From: Calditrichia bacterium
Lineage (GTDB): Bacteria > Calditrichota > Calditrichia > JAJRVZ01
Assembly (NCBI GenBank): GCA_963796965.1
Contig: CAWCNS010000006.1
Span: 96,001-160,000, forward strand
Direction: 5' to 3'
DNA: 64,000 nucleotides
Shown here piece after piece: positions 11,101 to 21,037 of this stretch. The notes beneath the pieces are model-generated. The model made no database searches. It saw nothing but the letters and a program-made list of their open reading frames with translations, and was not told the DNA's origin. Position 1 is the stretch's first letter. Every line of letters starts with the position of its first letter. The position numbers and the translations under genes were made by a program.

Positions 11101-11189
11101 GCCTAGTTTCGTCTACTTTTTTAACCCTGGCAGTCATTCCATGTGTGTATTATGTGTTTGATAGTTTCAGGCTAAAGAAGGGGAATTAG
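8106..11189 (+). CDS. RND permease subunit 1 (AcrB/MdtB/SwrC-like)
   Basis: 1027 aa. GMLVDNAIVVMEN, MASQFES, RIRPIIMT, PMALAVIGG. Confidence 0.95.
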   Translation: MKKLSKFSVNYPITVLMMVLAIILLGYISFNELGIDLLPDLNNPQIFIEIKAGERPPEEMENLFVETIEAVAIRQKGVIQVSSVSKVGNAQISVEYSWNTDMDEAFLDLQKNLTNFGQNSQLDELTMSQHDPNSAPVMILGLSHSEIEDMDELRRVAFNYLSNELTRLEGIAAVEIIGGEEKEIVISTTPYKLKAHGLTPQQVAERIQSSNRTISGGSIEESGLKYIIKGLGEFQSLEDIGNVIVAQNQKEDIVLEESQQTVPVYLKNIADIYHQNKDPENIVRINQKRCIALAIYKETKFNTVRAVETLIENLNNLQQALPGYELIIIQNQAEFITTAINEVQATALYGILLAVIILFIFLRRIGTTLIISIAIPISVVATFNLMYFNDLTLNIMTLGGLALGAGMLVDNAIVVMENIFRNLEKGLSLKEASIVGTAEVSGAITASTITTIVVFLPIVYLHGAAGELFKDQAWTVAFSLLSSLLVALLVIPMLSNKFLKAVPSRAQKTAIRFTWYTDLLEQILERRKIIIIMAMGLVVISLILVPVIGSEFIPRTDVNSFEINIVLDKGSSLDHTNRVTSQIEDIIMNTSGSEVKILYTRVGPATESLNSQSQSFFEDENTALIHVFLKEDRELSTDEIISSLNSIFQSLTDYEIHFSKELSSLQSILGTDQDPVIVEIKGDNLALIRSLADLVKMQMDSLNEIFNVESSFDDGRPEVNIIIDRIRSGVHNLDLGSIGTQLKDYLQGREAGNWESEGEIRDITLTLPEASIKALSEVYINNGENDIRLDEIATFEETTSQNEISRRNQSRIGKVTAQIRVDIPLDHVTALIRERVEKIPFPDGYQYAITGEEEMRAKSFANLKFALLLSIILIYMVMASQFESLIHPLTILLTIPLAAVGAITIFFILGIPFNVMAYIGIIMLMGIAVNDSIILVDAINQLKRQGLELKEAILEAGERRIRPIIMTSLTTILALLPLTIGFGESAALRAPMALAVIGGLVSSTFLTLAVIPCVYYVFDSFRLKKGN

Positions 11190-11218
11190 AGTTATTAGGG
11201 ATTGGGAATTAGGAATTT
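11181..11218. repeat. Degenerate heptamer array (GAATTAG-like)
   Basis: gggaattagagttattagggattgggaattaggaatt immediately after the RND1 stop. Confidence 0.45.
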
Positions 11219-11308
11219 TTAAGATTAGATCTTCTTATCATGTCTAAAATGAATATAGTACAGATAATTGAAATTGACATTAATGCTTCAAATCAAAACG
11301 AATAAATA

Positions 11309-14300
11309 ATGCTAGAATTTGTCATTAAACGCCGGGTTTTTATAAGTATGTTATTCACAGCATTGACCTTGCTGGGATATATATCTTACAAAAATCTATC
11401 CGTGGAATTGCTTCCAAATGTTGAACTTCCATTTTTATTTGTTTCCGTTAATAGTATTCGCGAAGTCGACCCCCAGTATATGGAGAAAGAGGGGGTAATT
11501 CCTCTCGAAGGCGTTATTGGCACATTAGAGGGGATAGAAAAAATAGAATCATTTGTCAGCAGAAGAAATGCTCGTATCATTATTTATTATGAACCGGATG
11601 TAAACCTTAAATATGCTTATCTAAAATTAGTGGAGAAAATAGAGGCAGCAAAATCTACACTGCCCGAAGAATTTTTTGTACAAGTTGTAAAAGTTGATAC
11701 AGAACAGCTAACAAATATGTTTATGAATCTGCAAATCAGGGGGGGAGGAGGAAGTGATCGGATTCGGCATATATTTGATAAAGAAATACGTACGCGCTTC
11801 GAATCGATTGATGGTATTGCAAACGTGGAGGTTTTTGGAGGACAGGAAAAGTCGGTTGAAATACTGATCAATGAACAAGCCGCGAAGGCATACAATATTA
11901 CACCCGCTCAGATTCGATCTTTAATTCTTAACAATAACCAGAGTAAGATCTTTCTCGGATCATCGGAAGAACATCAAAAAAAAATCTTTATAAATTTTCT
12001 TGCAGAATATGCAGACATTCAAGATCTGGAAAATATTATTGTAGTACCCAATGTCCCGGTCTTTCTGAAAGATATTGCAGATATAAATTTCAATGTAAAA
12101 GAACAGACTTCTCTAAGTCGTGTAAATGGAAAAGAAGCTGTAACAGTACAGTTAATTCATGACGGTCGTGCTAATATAATTGACCTGGCTCATGCCACTT
12201 ATGAGATTATTGACAATATCAACGGCCAGCTGAAAGCCCAGGATATCGAAGTAGTTATTCAACAAAACAGTGCTGAGTATCTTGAAGATAATATTGATTT
12301 AATAACAAATCTGGCTCTAACCGGTGGTATTATTGCAGTATTAATCCTATGGTTTTTTCTGCGAAATTTGAAATTGGTTATTGTAATCGCTCTGGCTTTA
12401 CCCGTCTCTATTTTTACCTCTTTCAATCTTTTTTATGCTTTTGATATTACCTTAAATAGCCTCACGCTCGTTGGTATGGCCCTAGCTGTTGGAATGTTAC
12501 TTGACAATAGTATCGTCGTGTTAGAGAATATTTATCGTCTTATTCAAAACAATAAACCAGTAGATTTTGCCGTGGTTGAAGGCACAAGAGAAGTATGGCG
12601 CTCAATTTTTGCTGCTACGCTTACTACAACTACCGTATTTTTGCCTTTCATTTTTGCATCAAATTTTATGATCAGAACTTTGGGATATCACATCAGTGTC
12701 TCGATAATTTCAACCCTGCTGGTCTCATTAATCGTTGCCCTGCTTCTGATTCCCATGATTGCTTATAATTTTTTTAACAGGGAGCAATTAAATAATCTTC
12801 AGTTAAGTACTCTATCAAGTCAGAGTCGGGTTGTACAGATTTACACCGTTCTGCTAAAATCTACAATACGATTTCCACTAAGAACCATAATCTGGACAAT
12901 TGTTATCTTTTTTACCAGCGTGATTTTGACCCTCGCTATCAGTCTAACGGGGCAGGAGGAGACCGACTCCAATGATTTTAATCTATACGTTACTATGCCA
13001 GGTGGGTCTACTCTGGAAACTACTGATCTTGCGGTAAACGATCTTGAATCGCGTCTGGAAGATTTTGATGAGATTGAGGATGTCATCAGCCAAATTTATG
13101 AAGAAGAAGCGATCCTCACCTTAAAATTAAAAGAGGACTTCGAATCACTTAATGATCTTAGTATAATAGAAGTTAAAGAGAACATAGAAGACCGGGTTGA
13201 TGATTTTAGAGCAGCTGAAGTTAGTTTTGAACAACCCCAATCCAGTTCTCGTTATCAGGGTGGCAATCAAGGGCAGATGACAGGTTCATTTGAAAGATTA
13301 TTAGGGGTTGGTTCACAAACTGAATCAATAATTATTAAGGGCCGAGATTTTGAAATAATGCGACGTGTGGCCGACGATATTCAATACCAATTAGAAGAGC
13401 TTTCATCTGTTGAGCGTGTAAGAAGTAATGTAGGTAGAAATCGGCCTGAAATACATCTATTATTCAATAAGGATATCTTGAATAGCTGATAATGTATCAC
13501 TAATGGGAATTGCTTCTGAATTGTCAAATTTCGAGAAAGAAGTATCCGTTGGGGTGCGCTTTAAGCAAAATGATGAAGAATATGATATTTTAATACAAAA
13601 CGAAAATCTTGAAGAATCAACAATAGAGGATTTACGCGAGCTTCCAATTTCGTCTAGTACAGGAGGATATTATCCATTAGAGCAGGTAAGTCGAATTGTC
13701 TACGCAGAGGGTCAATCTAGTATTAACAGAGTCAATCAGGAAAAACAAATCGAAATATCTTACAATTTTACAAGTGAGGTTAGTGAATCGAATACATTTT
13801 TAAATTCTGCTAGACTTGAGATCAATCAGCTGATAAATAGTCTGGAGTTTCCTGCCAGCATTGCAATTGAAACGGTAGAGAGTGATGCAGATTTAAGTGA
13901 ATTCTATTTTCTGATTGGGATCGCTGCTCTTCTTATATATATGATCCTCGCTGCAGTATTTGAATCTTTGATCAACCCCTTAGTAATCATGTTTACTATA
14001 CCATTGGCGGCGATAGGGTCACTCTGGGCTATTATATTCACTGAGAATTCACTGTTAAACGCCAATACCTTAATTGGATTTCTAATTCTTTTAGGTATTG
14101 TTGTTAACAATGGTATAATATTAATAGATTTTACAAGAATTTTACGACAAAGAGGATTTCGCAGATCTCGCGCTCTTCTACTCTCCGGAAGAGCCCGCTT
14201 ACGACCAATTTTAATTACTGCTATTACAACAATTGTTGCCATGATGCCGCTTGCCATGGGCAAAGTGGAATATGTTACAAGTATCGCTGCACCATTTGCC

Positions 14301-16007
14301 ATAACTGTTATAGGAGGCCTTTCTCTAAGTACCATTTTTACCCTTCTGTTTATTCCCACTGTATATTCGGGTATCGAAAGCATGTTGGAATGGTTCCGCC
14401 GTCTTGACTGGCGCGTGCAAATTATACAAGGGATTCTTTTTCTCATCGGTTCTCTGATAATTTATTTTGAAATCTCAAGCGTCATCTGGCAATCTGCTAA
14501 CTTATTTGTCCTTCTCCTCATTATTCCTGGTAGTACCTATTTCGTTCAGAGCAGTCTTCGGAGCGCCCGTACCACAGTAATTTCTACCCAACAGGAAATC
14601 ACAATACATATCCGGAACCTTTTTAAAATCTACGATCAACCCGGCCGGTTCCGCCGAGAATGGCAAAAAGGAAAGAACATTGTTTCCAACCCTAAGGATA
14701 AATTTGATTCTTTAGGATGGGAATCATTATTGTCTTTGTCTTGGCACCCCCTGTTAATCAGTTTTTTGATATATTTCGTTTATTTTTATATCCAAAGCGA
14801 TGGTTGGGTTTTTCTTCTCTGCCACTTGGTTTATTTTCATAGTCTCCATTTTCTAAAAAGAATAGAAGAGATACAAACCACCCTACTTAAAGAAAACAAT
14901 ATCGTCAAAAAAGTTTTAGGAAGAGTTTATATGCTGATTCTTTGGGGGGGACCTGCACTTAATCTGGTTGTTTTCTACACCAGATGGAAAGAGCCTGTCA
15001 CAGTTTTACTTATTGCGTCAATGTGGTATTTTGCCCTGCTTGTTTATACGACCTCAAATCGTCTTTCACGCCAGCTCGTCAATGTCAACAAACTGAAAGG
15101 TCGCTTCTCCGGCATTAGAAAACGTTATTATAGACTAATTCAGGCAGTTCCAATCATCGGGAAAAAAACAAGACCGTTTAAAGCACTTAATGGTGTTTCC
15201 TTGGAGATTGGGAGCGGAATGTTTGGTCTCCTTGGACCCAATGGGGCCGGGAAGACCACCTTAATGCGTATTATTTGTGGTATTCTAGAACAGAGTTATG
15301 GCTCAGTATATTTTAATGATATTGATGCGAAAGAAAAGAGAGAAGAACTTCAGGGGTTAATCGGGTATCTTCCTCAGGATTTCGGGACTTATGAAAATAT
15401 GACCGCTTTTGAATTTCTCAGTTATCAGGCCATACTGAAAAATATCCTTAAAAATAAAGAACGGGAAAAACGTGTGCTCTATGTTTTATCTGCTGTTCAT
15501 ATGACTGATCATAAAGATGAAAAAATCGGATCATTCTCAGGTGGTATGAAACAACGCATTGGTATTGCGCAGACATTATTGCATTTACCCAGAATACTTG
15601 TTGTTGATGAGCCTACGGCCGGGTTGGATCCAAGGGAAAGAATCCGATTTAGAAATTTACTCGTTGAACTTGGCCGGGAAAGAATAGTAGTTTTTTCAAC
15701 CCATATTATTGAGGATATTGCCAGTTCATGCGATAAAGTAGCAGTTTTAGATAAAGGAAGTTTGAAATATTTTGGTGACCCTCCAGAAATGCTAAAAAAA
15801 GCAGAAGGACATGTTTGGCAATGTCTGGTTTATGCCGATGCATTTGAAAAATTGAGAACTAAACAAAATATCATCCATCATATAAAAATTGGAGATAAAA
15901 TACGAATCCGGCTATTATCTGAGAAAAAACCTCTGGATGAAGCGATTTCAGTTACACCTACGTTGGAGGATTCATACTTATGGTTACTTTCGGGGAATGG
16001 GAAATAG
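11309..16007 (+). CDS. RND permease subunit 2 fused to extra TM segments and a C-terminal ABC ATPase; interrupted by one +1 frameshift at 13482-13488
   Basis: ORF 11309-13489 is the RND N-part (GMLLDNSIVVLEN). ORF 13503-16007 is the RND C-part (AVFES, RLRPILIT) plus an NBD ([20 protein letters not shown], STH). Removing one base at AATAGCTGATAAT joins them into ~1565 aa. Confidence 0.85.
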
Positions 16008-16146
16008 AATTATAAATTAGGAATTGGACATTTGGAATTATGGCTTGAGGAAATCACAAGAATTATTGTGTTAAATTATGGTATCGACTCATTCACTATA
16101 TTGGTAAGATTCTAATTCCAAATTACTAATCACAAATTCCAAAATT
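16007..16146. repeat. Inverted pair of heptamer arrays
   Basis: gaattat-aaattag-gaattgg-acatttg-gaattat (16007-16041) and the complementary-type ctaattc-caaatta-ctaatca-caaattc (16112-16139). Confidence 0.55.
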
Positions 16147-16172
16147 ATTATAAAGGTTAACTGGTTCAGCTA

Positions 16173-16889
16173 ATGAGAAATAGATTATTAAACTCAATAT
16201 GGTTCATGACGCAACTAATCAGATATAATTTGAAAATTATTTTTGCCAATAAATTTATCTATTTTTTATTGGCCTCATTTGCGATTTTTATTTTAATTGC
16301 AACAATAAATCTATTTGATACCGACTGGTATCCCACTGAAAGCACCGTATATTATTTACTACTTTTTCCCGGTTTATTATTAATTTTTTATCCTAGCGCA
16401 TTTGGAATTCAGAATGATATAGATTCGCGTATGATTGAAATGCTCTTTGGTATCCCAAATTATCGCTACAAAGTCTGGTTAGTTAGATTAGTGATTATTT
16501 ATATAATGGTCATTTCCATGCTTATCTTTCTAAGTATTTTGAGCTCTCTGACTCTTGTACCGGTTTCGGTTCTTGAGATGTCCTTTCAATTAATGTTTCC
16601 CATATTTTTTCTGGGTGCTTTTGGGTTTATGTTTTCGACAATTATTCGCAATGGAAATGGGACTGCGGCTATACTGGTTATTTTAGGACTCATTGTATGG
16701 ATATCCAGTGGAATTTTTGGTCAGAGTGAATGGAATGTATTTCTTAATCCATTTCTGCTTCCTGAATCACTCTCCCCAGTCGTTTGGCTGGAAATGATAT
16801 TTTATAATCGTCTTTATCTAATGATAGGGTCTTTACTCGCAATCTTAACTGGTCTTTATAAATTGCAGATAAGAGAGAAGTTTATTTGA
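16173..16889 (+). CDS. Small ABC-2-type permease (about 6 TM)
   Basis: 238 aa and highly hydrophobic. QNDIDSRMIEMLFGIP resembles the ABC-2 coupling loop. Last gene of the operon. Confidence 0.7.
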   Translation: MRNRLLNSIWFMTQLIRYNLKIIFANKFIYFLLASFAIFILIATINLFDTDWYPTESTVYYLLLFPGLLLIFYPSAFGIQNDIDSRMIEMLFGIPNYRYKVWLVRLVIIYIMVISMLIFLSILSSLTLVPVSVLEMSFQLMFPIFFLGAFGFMFSTIIRNGNGTAAILVILGLIVWISSGIFGQSEWNVFLNPFLLPESLSPVVWLEMIFYNRLYLMIGSLLAILTGLYKLQIREKFI

Positions 16890-16994
16890 GTTGGAGAGAA
16901 AAGAGAGAAGAGGGTGGAAGTAATTAGATATTTATTTTCAAAAACCTAAGCTCTATTTAGGAAGAATGAAATTAATAAAGTATACCCTTAAACT

Positions 16995-17026
16995 AAAAAA
17001 TCCCCTCAGCTATGGGGCTGAGGGGA
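16995..17026 (-). terminator. Intrinsic terminator
   Basis: 10-bp stem TCCCCTCAGC/GCTGAGGGGA followed by a U6 tract on the minus strand. Confidence 0.8.
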
Positions 17027-17134
17027 ACCGGTGGATTGGGGTGTGTTTCGGTAAGTGATATATATAACCCTATATATCAGTTCAAATATTCCCATATTTC
17101 AATTTTATTTTTATTTTTTTCTTATCGCATTCTT

Positions 17135-18043
17135 TTACCAAGGTTTTTCACGCGTATACCAGTCGGCACTTACATCCATCCAAAAAAACAAACCAGCCCA
17201 CTTACCATAACTTTTATAGAATTTTTCTATTTTTTTGTCTTCACATTTTTTTCCCTTATTATGTTTATCTGCAAATTTTTGGCGGCTCCAGCTATCCGCA
17301 CCCAGATAATCATATCTTCCCAATAATTTTAACAGATTGCTTACCGCATAATCACCAAATCCCTTGATACCTCTTAATTGTTTATATAAATCAGTGGTAG
17401 ATATCTGATCACTTTCTAGGTCTGAGAGATTAATCTTACCTCTTACAATAGTTTGAGCAAAACTAAGCAAATAGGGAGCGCGATAGCCCATTTTTATTTT
17501 ATTCCTTAAATACGTCTCATCTTTAGAAGCGACAGTATCAACTTTAGGAAAAGCTCTGAATTCTACCCCGTTTATCTCCGTCTTTTTGCCCAGTTCCTGA
17601 ACCAGGTTTTCGGTCATAATTTGGGTCAAACGCCAGGTGCAATTGGTCGTGCAAAGCATTTTAACCATATCTTCCCACAAACTTGTACATCGAAGCATTC
17701 GGCCGGCCCGGTAATCGCACACCCAATTGAAATCCTTTGAGGTTTCTGCAATAGAATAAAAATCAGAATAGTCCTCATTCAATCGAAACATACGTTTTAG
17801 CCCAGATAAAATTTCTACTTCTTCCAGATCAGAAGGATCGTTCAACACATGGATTTCCAATATTCTGTCATTTGGAGATGAGATTTGAAGAGGAAATACG
17901 CACTCTGACTCAGTTTGTATAGTCAATATGATATGGAAAGGATTCTCACTTATACGAAAGGGTAATAGGTCTGCCCAGCCGTGACTGTAAATTGTGCTTT
18001 TAAAAGAAAATTTATCTGGTGTATTAAGAACTGGCTTGCCCAT
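17135..18043 (-). CDS. HhH-GPD DNA glycosylase (AlkA/Ogg-like)
   Basis: SHGW, GRMLR..SLWEDMVKMLCTTNCTW, MGYRAPY, helix-hairpin-helix LRGIKGFGDYA. Confidence 0.85.
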   Translation of the reverse strand: MGKPVLNTPDKFSFKSTIYSHGWADLLPFRISENPFHIILTIQTESECVFPLQISSPNDRILEIHVLNDPSDLEEVEILSGLKRMFRLNEDYSDFYSIAETSKDFNWVCDYRAGRMLRCTSLWEDMVKMLCTTNCTWRLTQIMTENLVQELGKKTEINGVEFRAFPKVDTVASKDETYLRNKIKMGYRAPYLLSFAQTIVRGKINLSDLESDQISTTDLYKQLRGIKGFGDYAVSNLLKLLGRYDYLGADSWSRQKFADKHNKGKKCEDKKIEKFYKSYGKWAGLFFWMDVSADWYTREKPW

Positions 18044-18240
18044 TACTTAAGAACCTCATTTCTTGGTTGCCTGTCTGAAAATAATAATACCGCGAATTAT
18101 AATATTTTCCAATTGTTTCAATAGAAAATATATTGAAAACGAAAGAAAAAAAATATAGTGCTCATAATTACATTCCGTGAAGATCCGTTTTATCTGTTTC
18201 ATCCGTATTCGGTTACCTGATTCTTCAAACCGAATTCACC

Positions 18241-18269
18241 TTGACATGATTTCCAGGGTTATGTAATTT
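18241..18269 (+). promoter_or_regulatory. Putative sigma70 promoter of serA
   Basis: TTGACA-17nt-TAATTT. Confidence 0.5.
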
Positions 18270-18304
18270 AATTCAGATTAATTTAAACCGCAGGGAGACT
18301 TAGT

Positions 18305-19891
18305 ATGTATAAAATATTAGTTGCCGATTCGCTACCCAAAGACATCCTCGAGAAATATAATAAATCTGATAATATAATCGTTGACAACAAATCCGGAATA
18401 TCTAAAGAAGAACTGATGGATATTCTTCCGGAATATGATGGTCTAATTGTTCGCAGCCGGACAAAAGTTACTGCTGATGTGCTGGAAAAAGCTGATAAAC
18501 TAAAAGTTATTGGCCGTGCCGGCGCCGGTGTTGATAATATTGACACAGAAGAATCTACCAACCGCGGAATCATTGTAATGAACACACCTGGTGGTAATAC
18601 TATCGCCGCAACCGAACATACGGTGGCAATGATGTTGGCGCTGATGCGTAATATACCCAGGGCAAACATGTCTCTTCTCGATGAGAAATGGGATCGCAAA
18701 ACTTATATCGGCCACGAATTATTTGAAAAAACTATTGGCGTAATAGGACTTGGAAAAATTGGATATGGCGTAGCAAAAAGATTAAAAGCTTTTGATGTCA
18801 GTTTACTCGTCTATGATCCGATAGTCAGCAAAGATCTGGTAGACCAGTTGGGTGCAAAACTTGTTGAGTTGGATGAACTTCTCGAAAGATCTGATATCAT
18901 TACTGTCCATGCACCAAAAATGAAAGAGACCATTGATTTAATCAATAAAGACAAGCTGGAGAAATGCAAAGATGGTGTCATACTCGTAAATTGTGCCCGG
19001 GGCGGTATTGTTAATGAATCTGATCTTCTTGCCGCTCTAGAAACCGGCAAAGTTGCCGGAGCTGCGCTTGATGTATATTCTTCGGAACCCCCCACAGACT
19101 TCGCCTTGGCTAAACATGAAAAAGTTGTCGCAACACCTCATCTTGGAGCCTCCACCGAAGAGGCTCAGGTCAAAGTAGCAGATATGGTTCTTGATCAAAT
19201 GATCGAATATTTCGAAAAGAATGTGGCCAGACATGCCGTAAATTTTATTTCTGTTGATGAAGATATTCAACCGAAAATTGCACCTTATTATGTATTAGCC
19301 GAAAGGTTGGGTAAAATATTTAGTCAGGCCAAACAAAGCCGGCTTAAAGAAGTTTCCATTCGTTTTTATGGGGACATAACCCAGTTACCGGTGGAACCTA
19401 TAGCAGCTCATTTGGTTGTTGGCGCTCTCAAAGGTGCAGAAACAGAAGTAGTAAATCCTGTTAATGCATTAGCAATTTGCCGGGATCGTGGAATTAGTAT
19501 TGAAATAGCAAAAAAAGACCTGGCTTTAACAAGCCACACTAATTTGATTGCCTGTGATTTTACTACAGAAGAAGGATTTTACCACTTTGCCGGTACAGTA
19601 TTTGCAAAAGATCAGCTCCATCTTACAGAATGTGGTGAATTTAGCTGCGACGGCAACCTGGAAGGTCACATGCTATTTGTTGAAAATGATGATATACCTG
19701 GTGTTGTTGGTCAGCTTGGTGCAGTACTGGCCAATTTCGATGTGAACATTGGTCATCTTTCCCTTGGACGAATTAAAGATAAAAACATTGCCCTCAATGT
19801 TTTTAATCTGGATGCAGCCATTGGGGAGGGTGTGATAAAAGAGTTACTTGAAGTTAAGGGTGTAAGCCAGATATATATGGCAAACCTCTAA
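18305..19891 (+). CDS. serA: D-3-phosphoglycerate dehydrogenase
   Basis: RAGAGVDNID, GLGKIG, NCARGG, TPHLGAST, C-terminal ASB and ACT domains. Confidence 0.96.
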   Translation: MYKILVADSLPKDILEKYNKSDNIIVDNKSGISKEELMDILPEYDGLIVRSRTKVTADVLEKADKLKVIGRAGAGVDNIDTEESTNRGIIVMNTPGGNTIAATEHTVAMMLALMRNIPRANMSLLDEKWDRKTYIGHELFEKTIGVIGLGKIGYGVAKRLKAFDVSLLVYDPIVSKDLVDQLGAKLVELDELLERSDIITVHAPKMKETIDLINKDKLEKCKDGVILVNCARGGIVNESDLLAALETGKVAGAALDVYSSEPPTDFALAKHEKVVATPHLGASTEEAQVKVADMVLDQMIEYFEKNVARHAVNFISVDEDIQPKIAPYYVLAERLGKIFSQAKQSRLKEVSIRFYGDITQLPVEPIAAHLVVGALKGAETEVVNPVNALAICRDRGISIEIAKKDLALTSHTNLIACDFTTEEGFYHFAGTVFAKDQLHLTECGEFSCDGNLEGHMLFVENDDIPGVVGQLGAVLANFDVNIGHLSLGRIKDKNIALNVFNLDAAIGEGVIKELLEVKGVSQIYMANL

Positions 19892-19910
19892 GATTCCTCC
19901 AACAACTCGT

Positions 19911-19958
19911 GATGGTGAAAAGCAAAAGATTTTGCCCTTCATCATCTTTTATTTTTTT
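19911..19958 (+). terminator. Probable terminator after serA
   Basis: GATGGTGAA..TTCATCATC stem followed by a T-rich tail. Confidence 0.5.
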
Positions 19959-20027
19959 ATCCAATAATCTAGTGTACCTGCTGGTTTCCCAAAAGTAAGT
20001 TCTTTTATCTATTAATCTGGGTTTGTT

Positions 20028-20250
20028 ATGATATCAAAAACATTTTTGTGGTGCTATTTGATTTTATTGACAACTTTTTCTCTATCCTATGGTGCTTCCG
20101 CTGAAACCGTATTGATAAGAAGCCAGAAAATGGACACCTCTTTACGAGCTATTATTATGTTCACGGATAATTACGGCGAGGGTGATATGCCTGTAGTTTA
20201 TCTGCCGCATGTATGGAGTTGTAGTTATCGGGATTGGTACGACAAAACCG
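20028..20250 (+). pseudogene. Degenerate N-terminal fragment of a secreted esterase (PF00756-like alpha/beta hydrolase)
   Basis: Signal peptide, then ETVLIRSQKM..PVVYLPHVWSCSYRDW (family motif PVVYLLHGxxG.Y.DW is eroded). Similarity ends at the sfsA stop and there is no GxSxG. Confidence 0.55.
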
Positions 20251-20253
20251 AAA

Positions 20254-20956
20254 TTAATCCAGTTTCCAGTGGATTTTCTCAACTAATTGAATCTCCTCAG
20301 GAACTACTTCTGCCCTATAAGCTATAATTTCTACCCCCTTCTTATAAACTTCTTTCAAACTTTTAGCATAGAGCTGCATCGATATGAGCCGCAGGCTTAA
20401 AATGATTTCCATCATTTCGTTGTATCACATAAAACATCACTGCCCTATGCCCCTCCTTTACCATATCAGCCAATTCATACAGATGTTTCTGACCTCTCAC
20501 AGTGACTGAATCAGGGAAGTAGTAATCCCCATCTTCCTCAACAAGAGTTACATTTTTCACTTCTACATAGCAAGTTTTATTTTGGTCTTGGAGCAACAGA
20601 TCAATTCGACTGTTTTTGCCATATTTAACTTCACGTTTTATTTCATTATAGCCACTAAGTTCCGAAATTATTCCTTCCCGGATTGCCTCCTCAGCTATTC
20701 TGTTTGGTATGCCTGTGTTAATTCCTATCCAACACTTACCATTATGCACCATCTCCCAGGTATGAACATATTTTCTTTTGGGATTATCATGATAACTCAG
20801 ACGAACTTCCCATCCCTCCCCAACACAGGTCTTCATACTACCTGAATTTGGGCAATGAGCAGTGATAATCTCACCACTCTCCAGCTCAAAATCAGCCAAA
20901 AAACGTTTATAGCGTTTTATTAGTTTTCCGGGAATTAATGATGGTTTAAATATCAT
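20254..20956 (-). CDS. sfsA: DNA/RNA nuclease SfsA, with +1 frameshift near 20371
   Basis: RYKRFLAD, HCPNSGSM, SRIDLLL, VEVKNVTL, FPD..RGQKHL. After HIDAA the expected tail YAKSLKEVYKKGVEIIAY..KLD* continues in the +1 frame to a stop at 20254-20256 (233 aa corrected). Confidence 0.92.
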
Positions 20957-21037
20957 AGTTTTTTACCACAATTTCACAAAGACAAAATAAGTAATTATAT
21001 CTTTGTACTCTTTGTGCCTTCCTAGTGACCTTTGTGG

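Noticed and set aside
13487..13492. Selenocysteine or stop readthrough at the TGA in RND2
   Set aside because: The TGA is immediately followed by an in-frame TAA and the RND continues in another frame, so a frameshift is needed.
9313..14130. RND proton-relay motifs reading DN/NN/ND instead of AcrB DD/K, taken as proof that the pump is ATP-driven
   Set aside because: Such variants are common in ordinary SwrC/MdtB-like RNDs, so they are not diagnostic.
17012..17326. 104-aa plus-strand ORF
   Set aside because: It runs through a terminator hairpin and is antisense to the glycosylase, with no recognisable motif.
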